64,000 nt of DNA from a virus (IMGVR_UViG_3300047202_000291), one strand, 5' to 3'. Shown: positions 1 to 9,748, counted from the first letter of the stretch. Numbers and translations are program-made. Notes: generated from the sequence alone by a model not told the origin.

Positions 1-3000
1 ATTAGTCCAGCCGGTATTTCTCAGGTCTTTGCTCTAGGTGATGAAGTAGCATATTCAGCACAAGTTCCAATAATATCAAATATTACTGAATATGGTGAAA
101 CCGCAAATAGCATAAATATAAGTTGGTTTGTTGATCAGCCAGTAGATAATAGAATGCAGATTGCTAAGAATCCTTGGATACTTGATGCTGCTTGGGCTAG
201 CAGAATTATTAATTATACTGAAACTTTTGAGCACATATATGCTGACACAGATACTTCGGTTCGCCTTTATGTTAGGCCCCCGTATTATGGTGGGATAGTT
301 AGTGTTGTTTGCTCAAATCCAGCATATAGCGCAAATTATTTAATTAATGATAGCGCGAGTCCTGTCGAAATTACTTTCGGGGATGTTAATGAGACAGATT
401 ACTATGATTGGACTATAACTTATATTTTGAATGATACTATACAATGGAATACGGGTAGACCGGCTTTCATGGTAGATAATTTAGATGCGGACACAACTTA
501 TTATTATAGGCTTTGGGCATACGGCCTCGGTGGGCTCAATACAACTCAGGACGGAAGCTTCACTTTAGGAACTCCTCCGGCGACACCTTTATCTGAGATT
601 CACAACTATACTGAGAATAGGCCCGATGAGCAGGTTATAGTCTGTGGTGAACTTACAGATATGAATAGCGAATCTTCAATAGATTGTTCAATTCAATATT
701 GGAACGAGGAATCAACTACCTTCGGGGAAACAACCGCAGATACCATGACCTCAACAGGAACATTCTGTAAGACAATTGATGTTAACTATGGTCACACTTA
801 TGGCTATAGAGCTAAATGTGCTGCCTCAACCACCGGTTATAGTGACGCATACTTTAACGAATTCATGGCAATTCAACCATTCTTTGCCGGCAATCCGATA
901 GAGGATGATCAGGATTATGAAGATAGGCAATATTGTCCTGCGGGTCCTGGAATAGAGCCTTGTTATGAACAGAGAGGATACCGCGAAGGTTCATTGCAGG
1001 AGGAAGATTGGATATGGATAGAGACAAATATTACTGATCAAGGTACTTTAACAGTTCATTGGTGGGATGATGGTTGGTCAACCTATGATATGACAAATGA
1101 CACCGATTCAGATATGAGATATTTGGAATTAACAGGTCTAGATTCTGATTGGCAGACATTTTATATAACGGGATCAGCAGATAATTTGGTTTTGAATTGG
1201 ACAAAGCCATCTATGATTCATTTGGTAAATCAGAATAGGACCGACGAATCAAAATATGTTGCATTCGGAGGAACTCCAACTGCCATTGATTATCAATTAC
1301 TCTATATGGATTCTCAAATATATGATATAAGCGCATATAGGTGGTGCATTGCAGCCGGTGGTTCTCTGTATGATTGCATGGGAGTTCAGTATTGGGGTGG
1401 TGGCTACGAAACTGGGATTCCTCCGTCTTTAAGCGGAACTTCTTATGATAGAGGTCAGCTTTTCAGAGGCGGTGTGATTAATGGTGAAATGTACGACACC
1501 GGGATTCTTACAGAAATTAGGGACACCGGCAAATCTCTTGGGGATGATGTTTATAATCAAAGGTACTGCTTCGCATTCACAGATTACTGGTGGGATTATT
1601 CAATTGTTCCAAGTAACAATATAACTAATTATTATTATCATTATTGGACTGAGAATGAGAAATATTCAGATTATCTTGGTCATAATCAAGATAGGTTATT
1701 TGATTATATATATTTGATGAGATTTGAATATGATGAGTTTAGCATGACGAGGGACTGGAAAGCCATAACTGGAACCACCCAATATGATGAAAATGTGGTT
1801 AAGACTGCGAGTGGTTCTAATTGGGGTACCTCAGCAGATCAAAGTTTGCTTGTTGGCTATGTGGGTGGATTCAATGTAGCAACCGATAAGGATCAGATTT
1901 ACAACTTTGGATTCTATACTGATGGAAGGTGGACAAATCAACAGTTCGGTAAGTATCAGCAGGCCTTCGTTATATTCAACCTGCCGGATAATGCGACTCT
2001 TCAGAGCATGGACAGCGATTCTGATAATTTGACAGATTATGATGAGTTGTATATATATTATACTAACCCGAAGAGCAATGACACTGATGAAGATGGTAGA
2101 GTGGATACATATGAGATTTTATATGATTATGACCCTAATTTGCCAGATTCTTGTGGCGTTGATGATAATGCTTGTGATTATTGTCAGAAATGTGTTTTAG
2201 GAACGTGTACTTTTGAGGCCGCCGATGAGGATGTGAAAGATGATTGTGACTTATATTTTGATGATTGTACAAATGCTTATACCTTGTTAGGGTCTAGTGG
2301 ATTCTGTGATGGTGCCGGAGATTGCGCTTACCATGATTTCGAAGCCAATGTTTCTATAGGAAAGATTTGTGTTGCTGGGCAGAATGTTAGTCCTTCGAAC
2401 AGCGTAAATTGCGGAATTTGGGCTGATTGTGTTGCCGGAACTACAAATACTAGCAGTACATATTTTGTTGGTTATGCCGGCGATGGTACAGCTACTTGTG
2501 ATGATACTGGTTGGGTTTATAGGGGTTGGTCTAATTTCACTATGCCTGCAGGACCAAGAGAATCCTTTGCATCAGCAGTCTTCGATGGAAAAATGTGGCT
2601 TTTTGGTGGAATTGATGCTAATCCGTCATGGAACGCTTATAATGATGTTTGGTCTTCTACTGATGGGATTAATTGGACTCTCGTAACTGATAATGCTAGT
2701 TGGTCTAAGAGAGATAATATGGTGGCAATTGTTTATGACAATAAGATGTGGATCATGGGCGGTTACACTATAACCGGTGTTGAAAATGATGTTTGGTATT
2801 CGACAGATGGTGCTAATTGGATTCTTGCGACCGAACATGCAAATTGGTCTGATAGATATGCTTTTGGGTTAGTTGTATTTAATGGTGCAATGTGGCTCAT
2901 AAGCGGAACTCCAACTGGCTATGCGTGGGATACTGATATTTGGAATTCTACCGATGGAATAAGTTGGAATCACGTAACTGATCAAGCTTGGCCTTATTAT

Positions 3001-4140
3001 GGAAGAGAGTATTTTGAAGTTGTTGTATTTAATAATACAATGTGGTTAATCGGAGGTCATCGGTTAGCTGGTAGTAATTGGTATTCTACGGATGGGGTTT
3101 CTTGGGCCTCTTATGATCCGCCAACAAATTATTGGGGTCAGGGAACTGTGGTGCTTGATGATAAAATATGGGTCACTGGAGGATATGTGTGGGGTGTGGG
3201 AACAAGATCAGATATGTGGTATTCTTCAAATGGATTAAATTGGATTGAATCTGAGTCTAATGCTCCTTGGGGCCCGAGAGTTTATCATGAATCATTAGCA
3301 TATGATGATAAAATATGGCTTTTTGGAGGATCGCCAGACGGTGGGGATTGGGCATATGATGACCTTTGGACTAATGAGCCACCGACATTAGATGTTACTT
3401 CAGGGTATGTCATAAATGTTACCGAGCATGCCGAAGTGTGTCAGGAGATCCTTATTACGGTAAATGTTACTGGGGTTACAACAGATCAGTCAAGCGTAAG
3501 TCCACTAGAAGGATCAACAGTTGATGTATTTTTTAATGTATTTTTAGAGAAGGTTCTTGGGGGGATAACTTCTTACAATATATCCGCAGTGTCTCCTTCA
3601 GGTGCAAGATACGCAGCAACCTGTAACTATACTTTATTTAACATGTCTTGTGTAGTGCCGATGCAGTATTATTATGAGCCGGGATTATGTGATGTGGATG
3701 TATTTGTTAGCGATAATAATGGAAGCGGTGCCCTTTATAAGGATGATTTATTTGATTATGGGTCACTCTTGGCGATGAGAAAAGATAGAGATTATATGGC
3801 TTTGACCGGATCATTTATTGGATTGAATAATGTGTCATTTGATATGCCTATTGATATGACTAATTCTGGGAATGAGAATATTACGGCCATAAAGCTGACG
3901 GCATATGACATTCCTGGGGCCGTTGTTCCTTCAAAGAAGATATTGGCATCTTATTTTAGGGCGGGAATAAGCCTGTCTGATTCAGTGCAGCTTGAGAATA
4001 GTGTCGAGAAGAACATACCCTTTGCATTAACTCCAGGTCCAAATGCAACTGCTGCCTTCGGGATGTGGGTCTCAGTTCCAGCAGATGCTTATCCGCAGGC
4101 TTATGTTTCGGTTATTCCCTGGCAAATAATATTTGAATAA
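1..4140 (+). CDS. Large surface/adhesin-like protein, 5'-partial (frame open from nt 1). Repeated ~47-aa beta-propeller (Kelch/BNR-like) units, Cys-rich module, DxDxDG Ca-binding-like motif, many N-x-S/T sequons
   Basis: No stop in frame from nt 1. About 9 repeats of W.STDG.NW...W..R...VF...MW..GG (nt ~2560-3400). Cys-rich CGVDDNACDYCQKC...; NPKSNDTDEDGRVD. Confidence 0.8.
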   Translation: MSPAGISQVFALGDEVAYSAQVPIISNITEYGETANSINISWFVDQPVDNRMQIAKNPWILDAAWASRIINYTETFEHIYADTDTSVRLYVRPPYYGGIVSVVCSNPAYSANYLINDSASPVEITFGDVNETDYYDWTITYILNDTIQWNTGRPAFMVDNLDADTTYYYRLWAYGLGGLNTTQDGSFTLGTPPATPLSEIHNYTENRPDEQVIVCGELTDMNSESSIDCSIQYWNEESTTFGETTADTMTSTGTFCKTIDVNYGHTYGYRAKCAASTTGYSDAYFNEFMAIQPFFAGNPIEDDQDYEDRQYCPAGPGIEPCYEQRGYREGSLQEEDWIWIETNITDQGTLTVHWWDDGWSTYDMTNDTDSDMRYLELTGLDSDWQTFYITGSADNLVLNWTKPSMIHLVNQNRTDESKYVAFGGTPTAIDYQLLYMDSQIYDISAYRWCIAAGGSLYDCMGVQYWGGGYETGIPPSLSGTSYDRGQLFRGGVINGEMYDTGILTEIRDTGKSLGDDVYNQRYCFAFTDYWWDYSIVPSNNITNYYYHYWTENEKYSDYLGHNQDRLFDYIYLMRFEYDEFSMTRDWKAITGTTQYDENVVKTASGSNWGTSADQSLLVGYVGGFNVATDKDQIYNFGFYTDGRWTNQQFGKYQQAFVIFNLPDNATLQSMDSDSDNLTDYDELYIYYTNPKSNDTDEDGRVDTYEILYDYDPNLPDSCGVDDNACDYCQKCVLGTCTFEAADEDVKDDCDLYFDDCTNAYTLLGSSGFCDGAGDCAYHDFEANVSIGKICVAGQNVSPSNSVNCGIWADCVAGTTNTSSTYFVGYAGDGTATCDDTGWVYRGWSNFTMPAGPRESFASAVFDGKMWLFGGIDANPSWNAYNDVWSSTDGINWTLVTDNASWSKRDNMVAIVYDNKMWIMGGYTITGVENDVWYSTDGANWILATEHANWSDRYAFGLVVFNGAMWLISGTPTGYAWDTDIWNSTDGISWNHVTDQAWPYYGREYFEVVVFNNTMWLIGGHRLAGSNWYSTDGVSWASYDPPTNYWGQGTVVLDDKIWVTGGYVWGVGTRSDMWYSSNGLNWIESESNAPWGPRVYHESLAYDDKIWLFGGSPDGGDWAYDDLWTNEPPTLDVTSGYVINVTEHAEVCQEILITVNVTGVTTDQSSVSPLEGSTVDVFFNVFLEKVLGGITSYNISAVSPSGARYAATCNYTLFNMSCVVPMQYYYEPGLCDVDVFVSDNNGSGALYKDDLFDYGSLLAMRKDRDYMALTGSFIGLNNVSFDMPIDMTNSGNENITAIKLTAYDIPGAVVPSKKILASYFRAGISLSDSVQLENSVEKNIPFALTPGPNATAAFGMWVSVPADAYPQAYVSVIPWQIIFE

Positions 4141-4158
4141 AATTGAATGGGGTGTAAA

Positions 4159-4326
4159 ATGGCAAAATACATTAGGCATACTGTTATGTCTAAGGCGAAG
4201 TTTCAGCCAAAAAGCTTTAAGACCATAGATCCTGGTAGGCCCGGGCATACTAAGCTCGTCATTGGCAGGTTGAAATCAGGTATCCATAAAGGCAAAACTC
4301 GAGTGCATCAGATACTTTGGAAATAA
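4159..4326 (+). CDS. Small basic hypothetical protein (55 aa)
   Basis: ATG with upstream GGGGTG; below the ORF-track length cutoff. Confidence 0.3.
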   Translation: MAKYIRHTVMSKAKFQPKSFKTIDPGRPGHTKLVIGRLKSGIHKGKTRVHQILWK

Positions 4327-4339
4327 AGGGTGAGTTTTT

Positions 4340-5254
4340 ATGAGGGGTTGGCATTATGAATCTCATAGGCATAGTCTTGCAGCCAAAGGCATAAAGACTT
4401 CTCAGCCAAAGCTTGCCAAGGTTCTCAGATCAGAAAATATCATCTTTGAGCCAAAATACGATGGCACGCGCATGATTCTTGAGAAGAAGGGTTCTGAGCT
4501 TACATTCATCAATAGGCGCGGTGTCGTAAAGAATGATACTTATCCTGAATTATATAATATTAATAAGAGCATCAAGGGCGATGTAATTCTCGATGGTGAA
4601 GTTGTCGTTCTAGATAAGGAGCATCCCTTTGGCAATTTTGAAAAGCTCGCAATGAGAGATAGGCTAAAAGATAAAGAGGAAATAGAGAAAAGATCCAAAA
4701 CCCTTCCATTGACTTATGTTGTTTTTGATATTCTGGAAAAAGACAGGCAAAAGGTGGCAGATTTGCCATTGTCCGAGCGGAAGAAGATTCTTGATAATGT
4801 GATTGCACAAGGAAAGAACATCAGAGAAATAGAGTTCTCAAATAAATCAAGCGAGATGTTGTCTAAAGTTAAGCAGGCAAAAGGAGAAGGAATTGTGCAA
4901 AAAGACATCAATTCTAAATATGCACCAGGTTCCACGAGGTCCTGGGAAAAATACAAGCTTCTTAAGACAAATGATGTGGCAATAATTGGTATCACTTTAG
5001 GGACGGGAAGAAGAAAAGGTTATTTTGGTGCATTAAAGATTGCAGTTAATACTCCAAAAGGTTTAAAACCTGTTGGAAAAGTCGGCACCGGATTCTCAGA
5101 CGCTGATTTAAAGGAGATAAAAAGTAGATTGGATCAAGGTGAAAAACTCGTTGCTCGAATTCAATATAGAAAAATAGGTAGTGCTGATCATTATATTGAA
5201 CCTCGTTTTCAGGCAATTCGAACAGATATTTCTCAAAGTGATACGCACGAATGA
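4340..5254 (+). CDS. ATP-dependent DNA ligase (small, viral-type) carrying the shared N-terminal GW.YESYRHSLAAKGIKT module
   Basis: Motif I EPKYDGTRM (KxDGxR), motif III VILDGEVVV, motifs V/VI GIVQKD...WEKYKLLK. SD AGGGTGAG upstream. Confidence 0.85.
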   Translation: MRGWHYESHRHSLAAKGIKTSQPKLAKVLRSENIIFEPKYDGTRMILEKKGSELTFINRRGVVKNDTYPELYNINKSIKGDVILDGEVVVLDKEHPFGNFEKLAMRDRLKDKEEIEKRSKTLPLTYVVFDILEKDRQKVADLPLSERKKILDNVIAQGKNIREIEFSNKSSEMLSKVKQAKGEGIVQKDINSKYAPGSTRSWEKYKLLKTNDVAIIGITLGTGRRKGYFGALKIAVNTPKGLKPVGKVGTGFSDADLKEIKSRLDQGEKLVARIQYRKIGSADHYIEPRFQAIRTDISQSDTHE

Positions 5255-5268
5255 AGGAGGAGATAAAA

Positions 5269-5382
5269 ATGGGAAAATTGGAAAAAGCATTGAATAAATT
5301 TGCAAAATTCACTTTTGTGAAGGCACCAAAGGCAGGTGTTAAGGCAGGGAATGTAGTCAGGAAAGGCTGGAAAAAGAAGTGA
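5269..5382 (+). CDS. Small Lys-rich hypothetical protein (37 aa)
   Basis: Strong SD GAAGGAGG 8 nt upstream of the ATG. Confidence 0.3.
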   Translation: MGKLEKALNKFAKFTFVKAPKAGVKAGNVVRKGWKKK

Positions 5383-5522
5383 TTCAAAAGTAGATTTATG
5401 GCTAAAAAAAAGGAGAAGCCGATACTTGAGGAATGGATTGAAATGATTGAGGATGATATAAAAAATACAGTTAAGGAGATTAAATATTTTATTGAGCATC
5501 CAAAAAACGAGAGGAGATTAAA

Positions 5523-6359
5523 ATGAAGGGTTGGTATTACGAATCTTATCGTCATAGTCTTGCAGCCAAAGGTATAAGGACAAATTGGGTGTTAATCAAT
5601 GAGAATCCGAGCTATAAGCGCATAAGAATCAATCGCGGATATAAAGATGTCGTCCAGGTAGATGCAAAGACTCTTAAAGAGCGTTTTGAGAAGGATAATA
5701 ATACTCCTCTTGCTTGGAAGCAATTAAGATTCGATCTTCTGAAAAACTGTGAGGAGTTTGATCAATATCCTGAGGTTGATATTCTTTCTTCTGGCAAAAT
5801 AGATTTTAATGATGGTCGTCATAGGGTTGCTGTGGCCGCAGCTCGTGGCGAGACAATCGAAATAGCAGTTAAAAATAAAGATAAATTTCTTGAGGCTTTC
5901 AGTAAGCATTCTTTTGCTGCAAAGCAGGATCCTTATGAATTTCAGGATAGCAATCAGGAGAAGATAGTTCATGCTGATTGGTGGGGTGAGCAACAATATG
6001 ATGCGAATCATAGGCCTCTTCCTTTGCTCTGGAAAGATAATGAGCTCAGATTTGTTCTTGAGGGCTCTGGCGATATTTTCAGGGAGTTCTCAATACATAA
6101 AGCGGATAACTGGTGGTTTGCTCAGAATTATATTGATGAGAAGGCAGCCCGCATTAAGAAATATCTGACTGATCCTTCTTTGGCGAATCATTCCGTCGGA
6201 GAGATAAATAAAGCAAAGCTTGCAGAGATTAGAAGGCTTTGGACAATTCAGCCTTACGAAACAGAGTTGCAGAAGAAAGCTATTGATCTGAACCTTGCGA
6301 TAATTGATAAGGACAATGAGAAGGCACTTTCAATCTTAAAGGAGGTTTCGAAAGTATGA
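5523..6359 (+). CDS. ParB-like nuclease domain protein with the shared N-terminal module
   Basis: ParB/Srx motif FNDGRHRVAVAAARGE. N-terminus MKGWYYESYRHSLAAKGIRT. Confidence 0.7.
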   Translation: MKGWYYESYRHSLAAKGIRTNWVLINENPSYKRIRINRGYKDVVQVDAKTLKERFEKDNNTPLAWKQLRFDLLKNCEEFDQYPEVDILSSGKIDFNDGRHRVAVAAARGETIEIAVKNKDKFLEAFSKHSFAAKQDPYEFQDSNQEKIVHADWWGEQQYDANHRPLPLLWKDNELRFVLEGSGDIFREFSIHKADNWWFAQNYIDEKAARIKKYLTDPSLANHSVGEINKAKLAEIRRLWTIQPYETELQKKAIDLNLAIIDKDNEKALSILKEVSKV

Positions 6360-7105
6360 ATCGTTACAAACCCCTTGGTTGGCGTTATGAATCATACAGG
6401 CATTCCTTAGCAGCCAAAGGCATCAAAACAAGGTATAAGGTGCCTCCGGCATGGAGAAATGTTAAGTATTATAAGGATAAGCCGTATGTTGTAACTGGTG
6501 TTGATAAGAAAGGTAGGGTTCAATATATTTATCCTGAATCTTTTTCTTCTGCAAGCAGTGAAAAGAAGTTTAATAGGATTGAGCGCTTTGAGAAGCAAGC
6601 ACCGGCTATAATCGATTCTGTAATGAAGGATGTTAAAAAAGGAGATAATCCCGAGGCCGAAGTTGTTTATACGATGTACAAAACTGGATTTAGGCCAGGT
6701 TCGGAGAATGATACAATGGCGGAGAAGAAGGCGTTTGGTGCATCAACTTTGCTTAAGGATCACGTTTCTGTGCGAAAAGATGATGTTAAGTTTAAATTCA
6801 TTGCTAAGAAAGGCGTTCCTGTTGAAAAAGACGTTAAGGATAAGCTTCTTGCAGATATAATTAAGAGGCGCATGCAAAGTAGACGGCTCTTTGATACCTC
6901 TGAAGGTCGTTTAAGGGCTTATTTTGATAAAAAGACCCAAGGTAGGTTCCAATTAAAGGACCTGAGGACTTTGAAGGCCTATGAGGTCGCTAAGGAGGCT
7001 GGTGGCGATAAGAAGGAGATAGCTGAACGCGTTTCAGAGGAGCTCAGCAATACGCCCGCAGTCGCGATAAGTTCTTATGTTCATCCGAGGCTGATTAATG
7101 AATAG
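6356..7105 (+). CDS. Type IB topoisomerase-like catalytic-domain protein (compact) with the shared N-terminal module
   Basis: YKTGFRPGSENDTMAEKKAFGASTLLKDHVSVRKDDVKFKFIAKKGV resembles the poxvirus-type TopoIB core (GccsLr.eHv...v.F.F.GK). C-terminal LRTLKAY is a possible catalytic Tyr. N-terminus GWRYESYRHSLAAKGIKT. Confidence 0.5.
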   Translation: MNRYKPLGWRYESYRHSLAAKGIKTRYKVPPAWRNVKYYKDKPYVVTGVDKKGRVQYIYPESFSSASSEKKFNRIERFEKQAPAIIDSVMKDVKKGDNPEAEVVYTMYKTGFRPGSENDTMAEKKAFGASTLLKDHVSVRKDDVKFKFIAKKGVPVEKDVKDKLLADIIKRRMQSRRLFDTSEGRLRAYFDKKTQGRFQLKDLRTLKAYEVAKEAGGDKKEIAERVSEELSNTPAVAISSYVHPRLINE

Positions 7106-7760
7106 ATTAAAGCCAATCGGTTGGAAATACGAAGGATATAGGCATAGTTTAGCAGCTCGAGGTATCAAAACTTCTTTTAAATTAAAATATGGAAAAGACA
7201 TTCCCGCGCAGCTTCATACTGGTTCAAAGGAATTTAAGGATATTAGCGAAGTGAAACAGCACCTCCCTTTTAAGCCAAGGGGCGGTTTTTGGACTTCGAG
7301 CTATAGGCATGATGCAGAGCCTGGATCTAAAAGTGATTGGCTTGATTGGGCATCCTCAGAAATGCCTGGGAAAGCCAGTAGTGAACACATGATTCTTAGG
7401 CCAATTCCAAATGCAAAGATATTTGAGATCGATGATGAAGAAGATATGAGATATTTGTTTGATAAATATGGAACACTTGTGAGCGGTATGCCCGATATTG
7501 ACTGGCAGAAACTCTCGCAGGATTATGATGGATTGCGTGTGACTGAGAATGCTGCACGCAAGTTTCATTTGAATTACGTTTCTATGGAGGATTTGATTAA
7601 AAAGAAGGGATTGAAAAGTCCTTTTGGAAAAGATCATTTTTTATCAGGAGTTACCTTAAATGCTTGGGACTCTGAAAGTACAATTTGGTTTAGGGATGTT
7701 TTCAAGAAGAAAACTCCCGTTGATATGAAAATAAATGCTGAAATGGATACCGGATATTGA
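7098..7760 (+). CDS. Hypothetical protein with the shared N-terminal module
   Basis: N-terminus MNRLKPIGWKYEGYRHSLAARGIKT; no other recognisable domain. Confidence 0.65.
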   Translation: MNRLKPIGWKYEGYRHSLAARGIKTSFKLKYGKDIPAQLHTGSKEFKDISEVKQHLPFKPRGGFWTSSYRHDAEPGSKSDWLDWASSEMPGKASSEHMILRPIPNAKIFEIDDEEDMRYLFDKYGTLVSGMPDIDWQKLSQDYDGLRVTENAARKFHLNYVSMEDLIKKKGLKSPFGKDHFLSGVTLNAWDSESTIWFRDVFKKKTPVDMKINAEMDTGY

Positions 7761-8809
7761 TTGTCAATACTGTCATCGACTTACTTGGGCAAGCTGGGAG
7801 AAACTAAATCACCCTCAACCTCTTTTCCTCTAATTCTTTCTCCCAGCTGTTTGATATATAGTTTCCACTTCAACAAATTATATAAACTCCAAAATCAGAT
7901 TGATTCTTATGTCGTGGACCACTAAGCAGGGCGGTCTTCTCGTCGAAGAGGACGATGAGGAGCTCTGAGCAGTAATACCGTGTGCTTAGTGCCGTGAGGC
8001 TCCCAATTTATGGATGAAGAAAAAGTTATGCAAAGGATTGAGCATCTTGTTCTTGATATTTGCGGGTGCACAAGATCCGAAGCAATTCACATACTTAAAA
8101 AAACAAGCAAAAGGTTGAAAAATATGCAGAATAAGAATGGAACCTAAGCCCCATTGTTGATTTTTATAATCAACCGTGGGAGCTATGTTAAAAAACATAA
8201 AAGTCCAATGTGACTCTAAACCCAAATTGTTTATGATTGATGCGTTTTGCATCGATTTTTCAACGACAGTGACGGTATATGTGTTTGATTGCAAGAAAAG
8301 CATCAAGCAGTATTGCCGTGATGTAGAACTTCCTTTCGAAGAGGTATTTGAAAGATGGCTTTTATTTCAATAAGTAAGTGCATAGTTTCACTCAGTCGTT
8401 AAGCCCTAAAGGGCTTCTGTGCTTTGCTTGACAAGTGAAGTGCAGTTTGGACTGAGGTGGAACCTGTGAAGCATAAGGAGAGAAATAAGGGTGCTGGCAA
8501 GGCTGGCAAGTTTTTTCTGGACAGGATTGAATCCGGGAGGATTCGAACTCCTGAAAAATGGCAGAAGTATCAGCGAAAGCATATTAAGAAGGGGAAAAAG
8601 GGCAGGCGTCCTTATCCCTGGAGAAAAAAGAAAAAGAAAACATTTAAATAAGTAAACATCCACATCGATATATTGACGGGTGCGACGGAACACTATCTAT
8701 TGTATCCTCGGGTTGTATTAGTTGTTTTATAGCATATGGATTTATAAACTGGCTATGAAGTGCAGCGAGCTGGGGCGGGGGATAGGGGATTAATGGTTAT
8801 ACATTATGT

Positions 8810-9346
8810 TTGGTTAAGACATTCGGGGTGGTTACCATCGTAACCATCTCGGAAATAGCGACTGATTTTGGTTTCAAGGGCTCGAAATTTCATAAATACG
8901 CTGAAATTACTGGTTCTAGGCAGGTTACAATTGATGAGTCGACAGCTTCTGAAAACAACGTCGATACTTCTGTGGATTGCTATGTTGCAGGTACTTATAT
9001 TGGTCGAGATGGTGCAACCATAGAGGTTCGTCAAAGATATACGATCTATGTTTCTTACAGTCGTTCTACACAGAGGATTGCGATGACTAAAGTGCGTGCA
9101 GCAATTATCAATGACTTTGAGCATAATTTTCCAAATTTTCATATCATAGATGTTTTCCTTCCAGAGGAGAAGTTCATTATTCCTTTGGGTAAAGAAGGTC
9201 TGCGTGAATCAGAGGAGTTTTATTATGGGTCTGAGCTGTTTAAAGTGCTTTCACGTCGTGATGTTGGTCGATTCAGGGTCGGAACCGAAAAGGATATATT
9301 TAAGTCCCGTATTAGCCAGATAAAAAGAAGATTTAATTTGAGGTGA
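8810..9346 (+). CDS. Hypothetical protein (non-ATG start, TTG/GTG)
   Basis: 178-aa ORF. Start uncertain; overlaps a shorter minus-strand ORF. Confidence 0.4.
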   Translation: MVKTFGVVTIVTISEIATDFGFKGSKFHKYAEITGSRQVTIDESTASENNVDTSVDCYVAGTYIGRDGATIEVRQRYTIYVSYSRSTQRIAMTKVRAAIINDFEHNFPNFHIIDVFLPEEKFIIPLGKEGLRESEEFYYGSELFKVLSRRDVGRFRVGTEKDIFKSRISQIKRRFNLR

Positions 9347-9350
9347 TTAT

Positions 9351-9578
9351 ATGGTAAATAATATAAATGAAGATTTGAAGCAAAATCTTGAGACCTTGGC
9401 AAATTCCTACGTGTCTGCAAAAAGCGATCTCGAGCGTAAGACAGTTAAATTTAAGGCGAAGAAATATATTTGGGAAGCAATTATTCAGGTTTATGATTTT
9501 TATTCAGCTTATTTTAATCAAAAAGTTGAGCAAACAAGAAATCAGCATAAGCTGGACTTTAGAGACGGATCAAAGTAG
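9351..9578 (+). CDS. Hypothetical protein
   Basis: SD GAGGTG upstream. Confidence 0.55.
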   Translation: MVNNINEDLKQNLETLANSYVSAKSDLERKTVKFKAKKYIWEAIIQVYDFYSAYFNQKVEQTRNQHKLDFRDGSK

Positions 9579-9635
9579 TGGCACCTCAAGTTTGCTGCTT
9601 GTCCCCTGCTTAATCTGCTAAAAGGGTGATGTATT

Positions 9636-9743
9636 ATGAGAATCGGGTTGCTGTTATTGGCCATCGCTTGCATTGCAGGTTGGGCTTTATATAAAGCATA
9701 TCAAAAAGGATATAGGATTGATTGGTCGTTCTTTAGGAGGTAG
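9636..9743 (+). CDS. Small membrane protein (35 aa)
   Basis: SD AGGGTGATG. Hydrophobic MRIGLLLLAIACIAGWALY. Confidence 0.35.
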   Translation: MRIGLLLLAIACIAGWALYKAYQKGYRIDWSFFRR

Positions 9744-9748
9744 TTGAA

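Noticed and set aside
2626-2838. Minus-strand and alternate-frame ORFs overlapping the big + strand genes (e.g. 2626-2838, 4572-4808, 5046-5555, 16118-16519, 21743-22099, 46291-46701)
   Set aside because: They lie inside longer + strand genes that have motif support, lack SD or start context, and their translations are low-complexity. The whole window is transcribed unidirectionally.
8523-8553. Possible minus-strand tRNA at GGGAGGATTCGAACTCC
   Set aside because: The reverse complement gives a T-loop-like TTCGAAT, but the stem pairs poorly and there is no acceptor or D-arm partner. At most it is a tRNA 3' fragment or att remnant.
8457-8651. 64-aa extremely basic ORF (GTG start) in the 7.8-8.8 kb gap
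   Set aside because: It has a non-ATG start and coincides with the palindromic or tRNA-like DNA motifs. It could still be a real protamine-like protein, but the evidence is too weak to call.
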